Shown one piece after another: positions 55,230-64,000 of a stretch of 64,000 bases of DNA. The notes below the pieces were generated by a model, which worked only from the letters and a program-made list of their open reading frames with translations, ran no database searches and had not been told where the DNA came from. The stretch is from Gammaproteobacteria bacterium. Its GTDB lineage: Bacteria; Pseudomonadota; Gammaproteobacteria; JADZEE01. The first letter of the stretch is position 1. Every line of letters starts with the position of its first letter. A program made the translations under genes and the position numbers. The DNA lies in contig CBDDBH010000002.1 of the NCBI GenBank assembly GCA_965225625.1, forward strand, positions 7,156 through 71,155, given 5' to 3'.

Positions 55230-55741
55230 CAAAGCGCCTCCTCCAACGCCGCGCGCACCTGTCCATCCCACAACTGCGCAACGGACTTCCCGGGCGGCAG
55301 ATCCGTGGATGTACGCCGCCAAAGCACTTTCCCTTTTGCGTCGATAATCATTAAACCGGGAATAAAGCGCACGTTGTAGCTGGCAGCAATATCGTCCCCC
55401 TCGACAATCGTGCGGAAACCGTAACCGTTGCTTGCCATATATTCTCGCGGATCGCCGGCACCGCGTTCTTTGGCGTTAACCGCAACGACCTGCACACCAC
55501 GCTCAGCGTAGTCACGTTCGATAGCGGCAAGGTTCGGCATAAACGCCTGGCAGTAGGGACACCAGGTCGCCCAAAAGACGAGAATTGTCGTCTTTGCCTC
55601 GTCCGACTCGGGGAATTGGTAGGCTTTACCGGCGGTGTCAGTGGCGGTCCATTGCGGTGCTTGATCTCCGGCTTTGACCGCCATGGCCACCGTGGAAACC
55701 AGACTCAGTATTACAAACAACACGCCTGCAATTCGTTTCAT
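55229..55741 (-). CDS. TlpA/redoxin family thiol-disulfide oxidoreductase
   Basis: Signal peptide, FWATWCPYC, IPGLMIID. Confidence 0.88.
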   Translation of the reverse strand: MKRIAGVLFVILSLVSTVAMAVKAGDQAPQWTATDTAGKAYQFPESDEAKTTILVFWATWCPYCQAFMPNLAAIERDYAERGVQVVAVNAKERGAGDPREYMASNGYGFRTIVEGDDIAASYNVRFIPGLMIIDAKGKVLWRRTSTDLPPGKSVAQLWDGQVRAALEEAL

Positions 55742-55860
55742 AGCTCCGTCCCTCGGCAATATTTAAACTTCCGCGTCAGCATCTACTGTTGCTTGAACCG
55801 TGCGCCGCAACTTCGGTTTCCCGTGCCTTTTTCCGACAGGATTGTGTAAGGTCCCAATGT

Positions 55861-55873
55861 TGTCAATCTGACA
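55861..55873. promoter_or_regulatory. Candidate operator TGTCA-N3-TGACA
   Basis: Inverted repeat in the divergent region upstream of the fdhD-mob-moe operon. Confidence 0.3.
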
Positions 55874-55935
55874 TTAAACTCCGGATTTCACCCATGATGC
55901 TAATATATCCTGCTTAATAGCCGGTGCTGCTCGCC

Positions 55936-56802
55936 ATGCCCCAGAAACCAACCCCTTATCGTCCCGAAATGACGCGCGCCGGCCTCGAGCCGACGCACAC
56001 CGTGACGGCAATCGACGCCTACGGACAGCCCCAGGAAAAACAGATCGCTGGAGAGCGTCCCCTGACTATTTATGTGGACACTCGCGAGATCGTCACGCTC
56101 ATGACGCTCGGCACCTACCCGGAGGCACTGACGCTCGGCTACCTCAAAAACCAGGGGCTAGCGGAGTCCATCGAAGACATTGTATCGCTGCATGTGGATT
56201 GGGAAGTCGCCGCCGTTGCTGTGAAAACGCGCTCGGGTATCGAACATCTGGAGGAGAAACTCGCCAAACGCACGGTAACCACTGGCTGCGGGCAAGGCAC
56301 GGTCTTCGGCAACATCATGGAAGATCTCGACGAACTCGAATTACCGCAGCTACCGCTATCTCAGGCGCGCATCTACGCCTTGCTGCGCAACCTTTCGCAA
56401 GGCAACGAGATCTACAAAAACGCCGGAGCCGTGCATGGATGTGCGTTGTGCCAGGATACCGATCTACTGATCTTCATCGAAGATGTGGGCCGTCACAATG
56501 CTGTGGACGCCATCGCCGGGCTCATGTGGTTGGATGGGATAACGGGCGAGGACAAAATTTTTTATACAACCGGTCGGCTGACATCCGAGATGGCGATAAA
56601 AGTTGCGCAGATGGGGATACCGGTGTTGTTGTCGCGCTCGGGCATCACCCAAATGGGTCTGGATATTGCCCGCCAGGTCGGCGTGACCATGATCGCGCGC
56701 GCCAAGGGCCGGCACTTCCTGGTGTTCAACGGCGCCGAGAATATCGTGTTCGACGAGAAACCTGAGCCAACACCACGGGCCGCCGCCATAGCGGCAGACT
56801 AA
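55936..56802 (+). CDS. fdhD: Formate dehydrogenase accessory sulfurtransferase
   Basis: ERPLTIY, TTGCGQG, GAVHGCAL, EDVGRHNAVD, TGRLTSEM. Confidence 0.92.
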   Translation: MPQKPTPYRPEMTRAGLEPTHTVTAIDAYGQPQEKQIAGERPLTIYVDTREIVTLMTLGTYPEALTLGYLKNQGLAESIEDIVSLHVDWEVAAVAVKTRSGIEHLEEKLAKRTVTTGCGQGTVFGNIMEDLDELELPQLPLSQARIYALLRNLSQGNEIYKNAGAVHGCALCQDTDLLIFIEDVGRHNAVDAIAGLMWLDGITGEDKIFYTTGRLTSEMAIKVAQMGIPVLLSRSGITQMGLDIARQVGVTMIARAKGRHFLVFNGAENIVFDEKPEPTPRAAAIAAD

Positions 56803-56808
56803 ACGCGC

Positions 56809-57423
56809 ATGACCGATCTTACGCCAGCAAAGCAACTCGTAACCGCAGTGATACTCGCAGGCGGTCGGGCAACACGTATGGGTGGAGAAGACAAAGGATT
56901 GATCGCCATTAGCGGTCGCCAAATGATCAGCTACGTCGTCGCTGCACTGGCTCCCCAAGTTTCGGACGTGATCATAAATGCGAATCGCAATACCGAGCGC
57001 TACGCCGCACTGGGCTATCGAGTGGTCGGCGATACGGTTGCGGGTTATTTCGGACCGCTGGCGGGCATGGCGAGCGCGATGCAGGTGGCCGAAACGCCCT
57101 TCATCGTGACTGCACCTTGCGATTCCCCGTTCGTGCCGACGGATTTGACACAACGCTTGTACGACGGACTGCTGGCGGACGACGCGCAAATCAGTGTTGC
57201 CCACGATGGCGATCGCATGCAACCGGTCTTCACGCTTTTACGCACTGATTTACTGGATTCCATGCTCGCTTATCTGGACGCCGGCGATCGCAAGATCGAT
57301 CGATGGTTCGCGCAACATCGTTGTGTGACCGTCGACTTTTCGGATCAACCCGCGACCTTCTTGAACGTGAACACCCCGGAGGACATCACGGCGGCCGAAG
57401 TGCGCTTGAGGGCTACGCGATGA
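56809..57423 (+). CDS. mobA: Molybdenum cofactor guanylyltransferase
   Basis: ILAGGRATRMGGEDKGL, GPLAG, PCDSP, FLNVNTPED. Confidence 0.93.
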   Translation: MTDLTPAKQLVTAVILAGGRATRMGGEDKGLIAISGRQMISYVVAALAPQVSDVIINANRNTERYAALGYRVVGDTVAGYFGPLAGMASAMQVAETPFIVTAPCDSPFVPTDLTQRLYDGLLADDAQISVAHDGDRMQPVFTLLRTDLLDSMLAYLDAGDRKIDRWFAQHRCVTVDFSDQPATFLNVNTPEDITAAEVRLRATR

Positions 57424-57956
57424 GGGTTCCGGTGGTCGGCATGGCCGCGTACAGCGGCACCGGTAAGACAACGTTGCTAAAGCAGGTGCTGCCGATCCTG
57501 AAAGCGCGCGGTCTGCGCGTGGGCGTGGTCAAACATGCACATCACGGCTTCGACATTGATCAGCCGGGTAAAGACAGCTACGAACTTCGCCGTGCTGGAG
57601 CCACACAAATGCTGGTCGGCTCGCGTCAACGTTGGGCGCTGATGGTGGAGACCGATCTGCCGGATGAACCGCGGCTCGCCGAACTCCTGAGCCATTTGCT
57701 GCCCGATGAGTTGGATCTGATCCTGGTCGAGGGCTTCAAGCCGGAGCAGATCCCTAAAATCGAAATCCATCGGCCCAGTCGCGGCAAACCGCTGCTTGCC
57801 ACAAACGACACCTCAATCGTCGCCATAGCGACCGATGCGCAGCCAGCGGAGGCGACAGATCTGCCGATACTCGATCTCAACGCCCCGGCCAGCGTGGCCA
57901 ATTTCATCGTCGAGAATTTTGTCGTGGACCAGGCAGCTATAACTAAAGCACTATGA
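57420..57956 (+). CDS. mobB: Molybdopterin-guanine dinucleotide biosynthesis protein B
   Basis: AYSGTGKTTL, KHAHHGFDIDQPGKDS, LVEGFK. Confidence 0.93.
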   Translation: MRVPVVGMAAYSGTGKTTLLKQVLPILKARGLRVGVVKHAHHGFDIDQPGKDSYELRRAGATQMLVGSRQRWALMVETDLPDEPRLAELLSHLLPDELDLILVEGFKPEQIPKIEIHRPSRGKPLLATNDTSIVAIATDAQPAEATDLPILDLNAPASVANFIVENFVVDQAAITKAL

Positions 57957-59230
57957 AGCTTCCCGAGGAGATCCCGGTTGCCACGCAGATAAGCTGCGCG
58001 GATCCGTTCGACCCTGAGTCGCTGCAGGCTGATGAAGCGCGCCGTCGCGTCCTCGAGGCTGTACATCCGGTTAGCGGTGTAGAACGCCTCGCACTGCGAA
58101 CCGCACTCGGTCGTGTGCTGGCAGTAGACGTGCATTCGCGCATCAATGTTCCCACGCACACGAATTCGGCCATGGACGGCTATGCCGTACGCGGCGATGA
58201 CGTCGAGACCGACGGCATCAAGACATTGCGAGTCGCGGGCTCGTCGTTCGCAGGCCGACCGTACCAGGGCAACATTGCGGCAGGCGAATGTGTACGCATT
58301 ATGACGGGCGCGGCGATGCCCGATGGGACGGATACCATCGTTATTCAAGAGCAAGTCGAAGCGCACGACGGGCAGATCCGTTTGGATGGCGGTGTGCGTC
58401 GCGGCGACAACGTGCGCAACGCCGGGGAAGACATCGGCATTGGCGATACCGTACTGCCGGCCGGTCATCGGATATCGCCTGCGGATTTAGGACTTCTCGG
58501 CTCGCTTGGATTTCCCGAAGTTTCGGTTTACCGCAAACTACGCGTAGCATTTTTCTCAACCGGCGACGAGCTACGTTCCGTGGGTGAACCACTGGGCAAG
58601 GGCGAGATTTACGATAGCAACCGCTACACCTTGTTTGGCATGCTCACTCGCCTGGGTGTCGATATTATCGACCTGGGCGTCGTACGCGACGTTCCAGACG
58701 ACGTCCGCCGTGCTTTCAAAGAAGCTGCCGCCTGCGCCGACGCCATCATTTCCTCAGGTGGCGTGTCCGTCGGTGAAGCGGATTACATCAAAGAAATATT
58801 GCGCGAGGTCGGCCAGATACAATTTTGGAAAGTTGCAATGAAACCCGGGCGGCCGCTGGCCTTCGGTCATGTACACGATGCGTGCTTCTTCGGCCTGCCG
58901 GGTAATCCCGTCGCCGTGATGGTGACCTTCTACCAATTCGTACAGCCAGCGCTACGCCGCATGGCCGGTGATCTCGCCGAACAAGAACCGTATATGCGCG
59001 CGGTGTGCCAATCGAAACTAAAGAAAAGACCAGGACGCATAGAGTATCAACGCGGCATCGTCGAACGCGACGCCGATGGAGTTCTCGTCGTTCACAAGAC
59101 CGGCGCGCAGGGCTCGGGCATTCTCCGATCCATGTCCACCGCCAACTGCTTCATCATCCTGCCGGATGAGTCGGAGACGATAGAACCCGGGATGGAAGTA
59201 GACGTTCAGCCGTTTTTTGGGCTGGTTTAA
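57953..59230 (+). CDS. moeA: Molybdopterin molybdotransferase
   Basis: NSAMDGYA, RIMTGA, STGDEL, YDSNR, SSGGVSVG, MKPGRP, GLPGNP. Confidence 0.93.
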   Translation: MKLPEEIPVATQISCADPFDPESLQADEARRRVLEAVHPVSGVERLALRTALGRVLAVDVHSRINVPTHTNSAMDGYAVRGDDVETDGIKTLRVAGSSFAGRPYQGNIAAGECVRIMTGAAMPDGTDTIVIQEQVEAHDGQIRLDGGVRRGDNVRNAGEDIGIGDTVLPAGHRISPADLGLLGSLGFPEVSVYRKLRVAFFSTGDELRSVGEPLGKGEIYDSNRYTLFGMLTRLGVDIIDLGVVRDVPDDVRRAFKEAAACADAIISSGGVSVGEADYIKEILREVGQIQFWKVAMKPGRPLAFGHVHDACFFGLPGNPVAVMVTFYQFVQPALRRMAGDLAEQEPYMRAVCQSKLKKRPGRIEYQRGIVERDADGVLVVHKTGAQGSGILRSMSTANCFIILPDESETIEPGMEVDVQPFFGLV

Positions 59231-59236
59231 TTACTA

Positions 59237-59276
59237 CCCCTCATCCGAACGCCAGGGATGGCGGTCGGATGAGGGG
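59237..59276. repeat. Palindrome of the CCCCTCATCCG family (REP-like/terminator)
   Basis: CCCCTCATCCGAACGCCA-GGGA-TGGCGGTCGGATGAGGGG, 18-bp arms with 1 mismatch, between convergent genes. Confidence 0.8.
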
Positions 59277-59281
59277 AAAAG

Positions 59282-59668
59282 CTAATCAGCACCCAATACG
59301 TGACACACAACCGCAGCGCGGTCTTCGTCTTTCTTTAGCCCCGCAAATGCCATGCGGTTGCGTTTGATATACCCGGGCGGATCCAGAAGAAACGCATCCA
59401 AAGTCTCGACGTTCCACGTGACTCCGGATTCGCGTAGCCATTTGGAAGATTTGAATCCCTTGTTGTCGCCGGCCTTGCGGCCGCCAAGGTCGTAGAGGTT
59501 GGGACCGACCATGTGGTTACCGCTGTCGTCGAAGGTGTGGCAGGTAATGCATTTATTGAAAACACGCTTACCGCGCTCGACATCACAACTCATGTCGTCT
59601 GCAAACGCACCGTTAGCGCATAACAGCGCAACGACCAGCGCCAGCGCTTCTCGACGAATCCCGTGCAT
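59282..59668 (-). CDS. Class I cytochrome c (c2-like)
   Basis: Signal peptide, CITCH, GPNL, P..YIKRNRMAFAGL. Confidence 0.9.
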   Translation of the reverse strand: MHGIRREALALVVALLCANGAFADDMSCDVERGKRVFNKCITCHTFDDSGNHMVGPNLYDLGGRKAGDNKGFKSSKWLRESGVTWNVETLDAFLLDPPGYIKRNRMAFAGLKKDEDRAAVVCHVLGAD

Positions 59669-59718
59669 TTCGAATGTCCTCGGCTTACCAGATGAGCTGC
59701 AATTCTGGCACAGCGTTA

Positions 59719-61140
59719 CTAGCCGCGCACCAGAAAGTTAGTGAATTGCCAGGGATCCGCCGTATCCATATGGGGCTCGTCGAAGAGCGGTAACCGATCC
59801 GTGAGTGGCGTCCAATCCGTTGCTGCGCTGACCATGGGACCCAGATATGGTCGTGCAAGTGCGAGAATTTCTTCATGCGGCAACGCTTCCGGTTCACAAA
59901 ATCCTCGATGCGGATTCTCCATCGCCCAAACTGCCGCAGCAAGGGCACCAGCGGCGACCTGAATCGCGGTTGGATTATGCCCGGGCACTAGTTTGCGGCC
60001 TTCGTGGATATCGAGCTGCGATCCGTACCACCAGCCACCGCGACCATGGCCAAGCAGTAGCACGCCGAGTTCATCCCTGCCTTCCGTGATATCGGCGTTC
60101 ATGACGCGCTCGCGCTGCGGCTCCCTCCATTCATTCATCATCGATTCGTGCAGACTGGCGAGCGCGGCGTCGCAGGGCAGGTAAACGAAGACCACCGTTG
60201 GCCGGTAGCTCACCTGCTCCCCGGCGTAGACGGTGAGGTAATCGGTTAGGGTAATGGTTTCACTGTGCGGCAATGCGAAGCCTGCGATCGAGCCTCCCAG
60301 CGGTACCCACGAACGTAGCAGCAGTTGTGCACCTGATTGCAGTAAGTAGACGGTGTGCTTGAGCCCGACCGGGTGCTGGCGGGCATTGGGCGGCAGTGTC
60401 TTTTCATGCGTCCCCCAACCGATCTCCACTGGCATGGTCGCCTCCTCGATAAATCCGGGAATGCTCCAAGTGTTGACGAATTCGCCGACACGTTTCGGTT
60501 CGGTCGACACCTGCGTGTCCCGTTCGCTGACATGTATGACCTGGGTTCCGGTGCGCTGTGCCAGCGCAGCCCATTGTTCTCGCGTAGTGGGTGTGTCGAC
60601 CTCCAGGTCCATGGCGGCGGCAACGTCCAGTAACGCCGCTTTGACGAAGTGATTGACCAGGCCGGGATTGGCGCCGTGGGTATACACCACGGTCGCGCCG
60701 TCCGCACGCCACTGCGCAGCCGCAAGTTCTCGAGCCTGCTGGTGATGCAGGTACTCGGTACGTTGGTGTGGCGGCAAATTGATGCCCCAGTTCGTCTCCT
60801 CCCATGGTTCGATAGCCGTATCGACGTAGACTACATCTTGATGGTGGCACCAATCAGCGAGCGCGATGGAGCTTACGCCCACTGACAGATTGATAAACAA
60901 ATCCCCAGCGCTGAGCAACGCTTCCAGTGTCGCAGCGAGGTTATCCGCATAAATCCGATGGATCTGGTAGTCGATGTTGCGCTCGCGGAACGGAGCAATT
61001 GCGGCGTTGTGTTCGTCGCCATCGATTACCAGATAACGCTCGCCGGGCAGGGACAGCGTGTCGAGCAGCATCGGCAAAATACACTGACCGATCGTGCCAA
61101 AGCCCAGAATGACTACGCGGCCACCGAATTGTTCCGCCAG
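59719..61140 (-). CDS. hss: Homospermidine synthase
   Basis: ILGFGTIGQC, GANPGLVNHF, IHVSERD, NTWSIPGF, YLPCDAA, GRDELGVLL, NPTAIQVAAG; proposed CTG start at 61140 with GGAG 8 nt upstream. Confidence 0.85.
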   Translation of the reverse strand: MAEQFGGRVVILGFGTIGQCILPMLLDTLSLPGERYLVIDGDEHNAAIAPFRERNIDYQIHRIYADNLAATLEALLSAGDLFINLSVGVSSIALADWCHHQDVVYVDTAIEPWEETNWGINLPPHQRTEYLHHQQARELAAAQWRADGATVVYTHGANPGLVNHFVKAALLDVAAAMDLEVDTPTTREQWAALAQRTGTQVIHVSERDTQVSTEPKRVGEFVNTWSIPGFIEEATMPVEIGWGTHEKTLPPNARQHPVGLKHTVYLLQSGAQLLLRSWVPLGGSIAGFALPHSETITLTDYLTVYAGEQVSYRPTVVFVYLPCDAALASLHESMMNEWREPQRERVMNADITEGRDELGVLLLGHGRGGWWYGSQLDIHEGRKLVPGHNPTAIQVAAGALAAAVWAMENPHRGFCEPEALPHEEILALARPYLGPMVSAATDWTPLTDRLPLFDEPHMDTADPWQFTNFLVRG

Positions 61141-61223
61141 CGCGGATTCTCCGATAGCGCCCTGTTGCTACCGTGCCGCCGCAACAGTAACTTGCGCAAT
61201 ACGGTCGATAACTATAAGGAACA

Positions 61224-62651
61224 ATGATGGCATCCGATCTCTGCTACCTTTCCGCAACCGAAGCAATAGCGCTGTTCAAATCAAAACAGCTGTCGCCCGT
61301 TGAGTTATTGCATGCGCTGATCGAGCGTGCCGGCGAAATCGAACCAACAATAAACGCATTCAGTTTCGAGTATTTTGATGAAGCATTGCTTGCCGCACGC
61401 GCGGCCGAGCAAGCCTACCACAACGGCGAGCCGCGCACGCTCGAAGGCATCCCGGTGGCGATCAAGGACGAAGCCTATATCGCAGGCAAACCCACCACCA
61501 ACGGATCGCTGCTACTCAAGGAGTATGTCGCCGATTACACCAGCGCTACCGTGCAGCGTCTGCTGGATGCGGGAGCCATCGTCCACGCGCGTACGGCAAC
61601 GCCGGAATTCTCGCTTCATTTCTGCACCTTCTCTAGACTCTGGGGCATCACCCGCAACCCCTGGAACCCTGAATACAGCGTCGGCGGTTCCTCTGGTGGC
61701 TCCGGCGCCGCGCTGGCCGCGGGCACGGCAACCCTGGCAAGCGGTTCGGATCTGGCAGGATCGGTGCGCGTGCCGGCGTCCCAAAACGGCGTCATCGGTT
61801 ACAAGCCCCCTTACGGCCGAGTTCCGCAAGATCCGCCTTGGAACTTCGACACTTATTGTCACGAAGGTCCACTGGCGCGCACGGTTGCGGACTGCATCGC
61901 CTACCAGAACGTCATTGCCGGCCCGCATCCCGCGGACATCACGACGTTACGACCCAAGCTCGAGCTCCCCACAGAATTCGAGAACATAAAAGACATGCGC
62001 ATCGCCTACAGTTTCGATTTTGGGTTTGCCGAGGTCGCGGCCGACATCCGCCGCAATACCGCGGCGGCGCTGGCCACGCTGGAGCAGCTCGGCGCGAGGG
62101 TCGAGGAAGTCGATCTTGGCTGGAGCGAGCGTTGTGCACGCACGGCGCTGGCGCATTATCAGTTCTATGGCGGGGCAATGATACGCAGGGACTTCGGCGA
62201 TCCGGCACAGCACGAATATCTAACCGACTACATCCGCAGTTTCATCGCCCACAGCTACGAAGCGTCACTGGACGATGTTCTGGATGGCCTGGATTACACG
62301 AATTTTATGTACGATCGGCTCGCCGAGATATTTACCCGTTACGACGCGCTTATATGCCCGACAATGGCGATCGCCAGCGTTAAAGCAGACTTCGATTACA
62401 GCAAAGACAAACTGCTCATTGATGGTACTCAGGTCGATCCCATGCTCGGCATGGTGCTTACCTATCCGTTCAACATTCTCAGCCGCTGCCCGGTGTTGAG
62501 CGTACCGGCTGGACAGGACTCGAACGGGGTACCGACCGGCATCCAGATCGTCGCACCCACTTACGACGACGTCACGGCATTTCGTGTCGCGGCCGCCTAT
62601 GAGTCCGCGGTTGGTCCATTTTTCGAAGCGGGAACTCGCCCAGCAATATAA
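61224..62651 (+). CDS. Amidase signature family amidase
   Basis: GIPVAIKD, GGSSGGSGAA, GSDLAGSVRVPAS. Confidence 0.92.
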   Translation: MMASDLCYLSATEAIALFKSKQLSPVELLHALIERAGEIEPTINAFSFEYFDEALLAARAAEQAYHNGEPRTLEGIPVAIKDEAYIAGKPTTNGSLLLKEYVADYTSATVQRLLDAGAIVHARTATPEFSLHFCTFSRLWGITRNPWNPEYSVGGSSGGSGAALAAGTATLASGSDLAGSVRVPASQNGVIGYKPPYGRVPQDPPWNFDTYCHEGPLARTVADCIAYQNVIAGPHPADITTLRPKLELPTEFENIKDMRIAYSFDFGFAEVAADIRRNTAAALATLEQLGARVEEVDLGWSERCARTALAHYQFYGGAMIRRDFGDPAQHEYLTDYIRSFIAHSYEASLDDVLDGLDYTNFMYDRLAEIFTRYDALICPTMAIASVKADFDYSKDKLLIDGTQVDPMLGMVLTYPFNILSRCPVLSVPAGQDSNGVPTGIQIVAPTYDDVTAFRVAAAYESAVGPFFEAGTRPAI

Positions 62652-62668
62652 ATAGTGGTGAACGGCAA

Positions 62669-62986
62669 CTACGTGTCGCGCCCGCGCTGTTTGCGAGCGT
62701 AGATGTCCACCTTGGTCATCACGTGTTCCAGCGTGCCATTGCCAATCGATTGCCCGTTATCGTCCGACGCGAAAAATTCGTCCCGTTCGCCGTCGCGACC
62801 GATTTTCGTCAGTATATTTTCACGTTCGGGATCATCGAAGATCACCAGCACATCGAGTTGCCCATCCGCCTTCTCCCAATGCCATCCATTGGCGATGCCA
62901 TTGGCGACCAGATGTGTACAAAAGCTTTCAAGTCGACGTTGATCAACATGCCCGATGTGGTTGAGCGGCAGCTTGGAGATACTCAC
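62669..62986 (-). CDS. Hypothetical protein
   Basis: 105-aa ORF between the amidase and a terminator; no motif recognised. Confidence 0.55.
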   Translation of the reverse strand: MSISKLPLNHIGHVDQRRLESFCTHLVANGIANGWHWEKADGQLDVLVIFDDPERENILTKIGRDGERDEFFASDDNGQSIGNGTLEHVMTKVDIYARKQRGRDT

Positions 62987-63029
62987 AGCTGCAGTTTACG
63001 CGAACAGTCTTGACATGCACTACAAGGAC

Positions 63030-63056
63030 AAAAAAAGGGCGCCCGCAGGCGCCCTT
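63030..63056 (-). terminator. Rho-independent terminator
   Basis: Minus strand AAGGGCGCC-TGCG-GGCGCCCTT stem followed by a T7 run, just after the TBDR remnant stop. Confidence 0.8.
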
Positions 63057-63079
63057 CAGCGACGTTGCTTCGCCGGCGG

Positions 63080-63220
63080 CTAGTTGCCCCAGGTATAACG
63101 TACCGAACCACCGAACCAGAACGGCTTGCCGGGAACATCGATGGTGTTGCCGGTAAAAGTTGCAAGATCGAACACCGTCGGGAAATACTCTTCGTCAGTG
63201 AAGTTCTTGATCCACAACGC
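63080..63220 (-). pseudogene. 3' remnant of a TonB-dependent receptor
   Basis: ALWIKNFTDEEY...G.PFWFGGSVRYTWGN* resembles the last beta-strands of TBDRs. Confidence 0.7.
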
Positions 63221-63883
63221 CGTTATTTTGCGGAGCACGGTTACAACGTGCTGGCCGTCGATTTGCCCGGGCATGGACGTAGCTCGGTCGCGGCGCTGAC
63301 CAGTGTCGAAATGCTCGCCGCGTGGTTACTGCGTGTCCTGGAAACAGTCGAAACCCATCACATAAGCTTGATTGGCCACAGCCTCGGTGCGCTTGTCACG
63401 CTGCAAGCCGCCGCCGACTCTACAGCGATCAAAAATCTGGTATTAATGGGCTGCGTAGTACCGATGGCGGTTAGCGAACCGCTGCTGGATGCGGCGCGCC
63501 GCAACGATCATGCGGCGATCGAGATGCTCAGCCATTTCGGTCACGCCTTTGCCGCACGTCTGGGTTGCAATCCGGTTGCGGGCGTTTCCTGCTTCAACAC
63601 ATTCGTACGGCTGATGGAAACTGCGGCTGAGGACGTGCTATTTACCGACTTGAATGCATGCAACACCTATCAGGGCGGTCTCGCTGCGGCCGCCCGTATT
63701 GACTGCCCGGTCACGATTATCGTCGGCAAGGAGGATCGATTAACTCCGCCCAAAGCGATCGCAGCACTGCTGAACGCTATCGGCCACGCCACCCTCGTAC
63801 ACATCGAAAATAGCGGACACATCATGTTCGCCGAACAGCCCGAGGCGACCCATCATGCTTTGGTTCGGGCAATGGAGTTGTGA
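63215..63883 (+). pseudogene. 5'-truncated alpha/beta hydrolase
   Basis: QRRYFAEHGYNVLAVDLPGHGRS, GHSLG, GHIMFAE present; the N-terminal HG oxyanion segment is replaced by antisense TBDR sequence. Confidence 0.7.
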
Positions 63884-63999
63884 AAGCGCGTTGAAAAATT
63901 AAAAACATCGTCATTGCAGACGTCGATACACGCACCGCAGTTGGTGCAATCACTACCGGTGATCACCGGTCCTAATCCGTTCTCGTGGCCTTTCAGTGC
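63853..63999 (-). CDS. napH: 3' end of a NapH-like quinol dehydrogenase ferredoxin subunit (partial, runs off window)
   Basis: Manual translation ALKGHENGLGPVITGSDCTNCGACIDVCNDDVFNFSTRF...*; CxxCxxCxxxC; not in the ORF track. Confidence 0.7.
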   Translation of the reverse strand, partial: ALKGHENGLGPVITGSDCTNCGACIDVCNDDVFNFSTRFHNSIARTKA

Positions 64000-64000
64000 C

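Noticed and set aside
59282-59668. Cytochrome c as the dedicated (CycN-like) acceptor of the NicA2-like enzyme
   Set aside because: It is 11 kb away in a different transcription unit; no sequence evidence links them
63065-63214. Novel N-terminal domain on the alpha/beta hydrolase
   Set aside because: It is the antisense reading of a TonB-dependent receptor 3' remnant
1-64000. tRNA, rRNA, prophage or full transposase genes
   Set aside because: None recognised by eye; tRNAscan-SE, Infernal and ISEScan would be needed to exclude small RNAs formally

Overview
High-GC bacterial chromosomal DNA, most likely from a (marine) proteobacterium; the taxonomy is my inference from protein families. It is packed with catabolic and accessory genes. 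Left third: a TPR-sulfotransferase, an MFS transporter, an HpaB-family monooxygenase/MarR/isochorismatase/maleate-isomerase-like module, and a 10-gene minus-strand operon (17544->8642). That operon joins a PrnC-like flavin-dependent halogenase, an AhpD/CMD (Bmp8-like) CxxCxxH protein, two divergent UbiD-family paralogues flanking a Rieske ferredoxin, GntR, cupin, DUF2848, an old yellow enzyme and EthD. It is the best candidate here for an undescribed system, possibly halopyrrole/haloaromatic processing. Middle: an oxalyl-CoA synthetase/PanE2-like pair, three Rieske oxygenases, meta-cleavage enzymes, a 148-bp MITE and a chromosomal integron (intI, attI, two cassettes, two attC-like sites). Right third: a CoA-transferase/MaoC/acyl-CoA dehydrogenase operon, a frameshifted NicA2-like Tat amine oxidoreductase, an orphan tungsten AOR subunit, TauD, fdhD-mobA-mobB-moeA, cytochrome c, homospermidine synthase with a probable CTG start, an amidase and the 3' end of napH. 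Numerous deletion scars and frameshifts are present, along with a small palindromic repeat family at convergent gene junctions. No rRNA, tRNA or CRISPR array was recognised. All family calls come from motif recognition by eye, no searches were run, and hand-counted coordinates may be off by a base or two.
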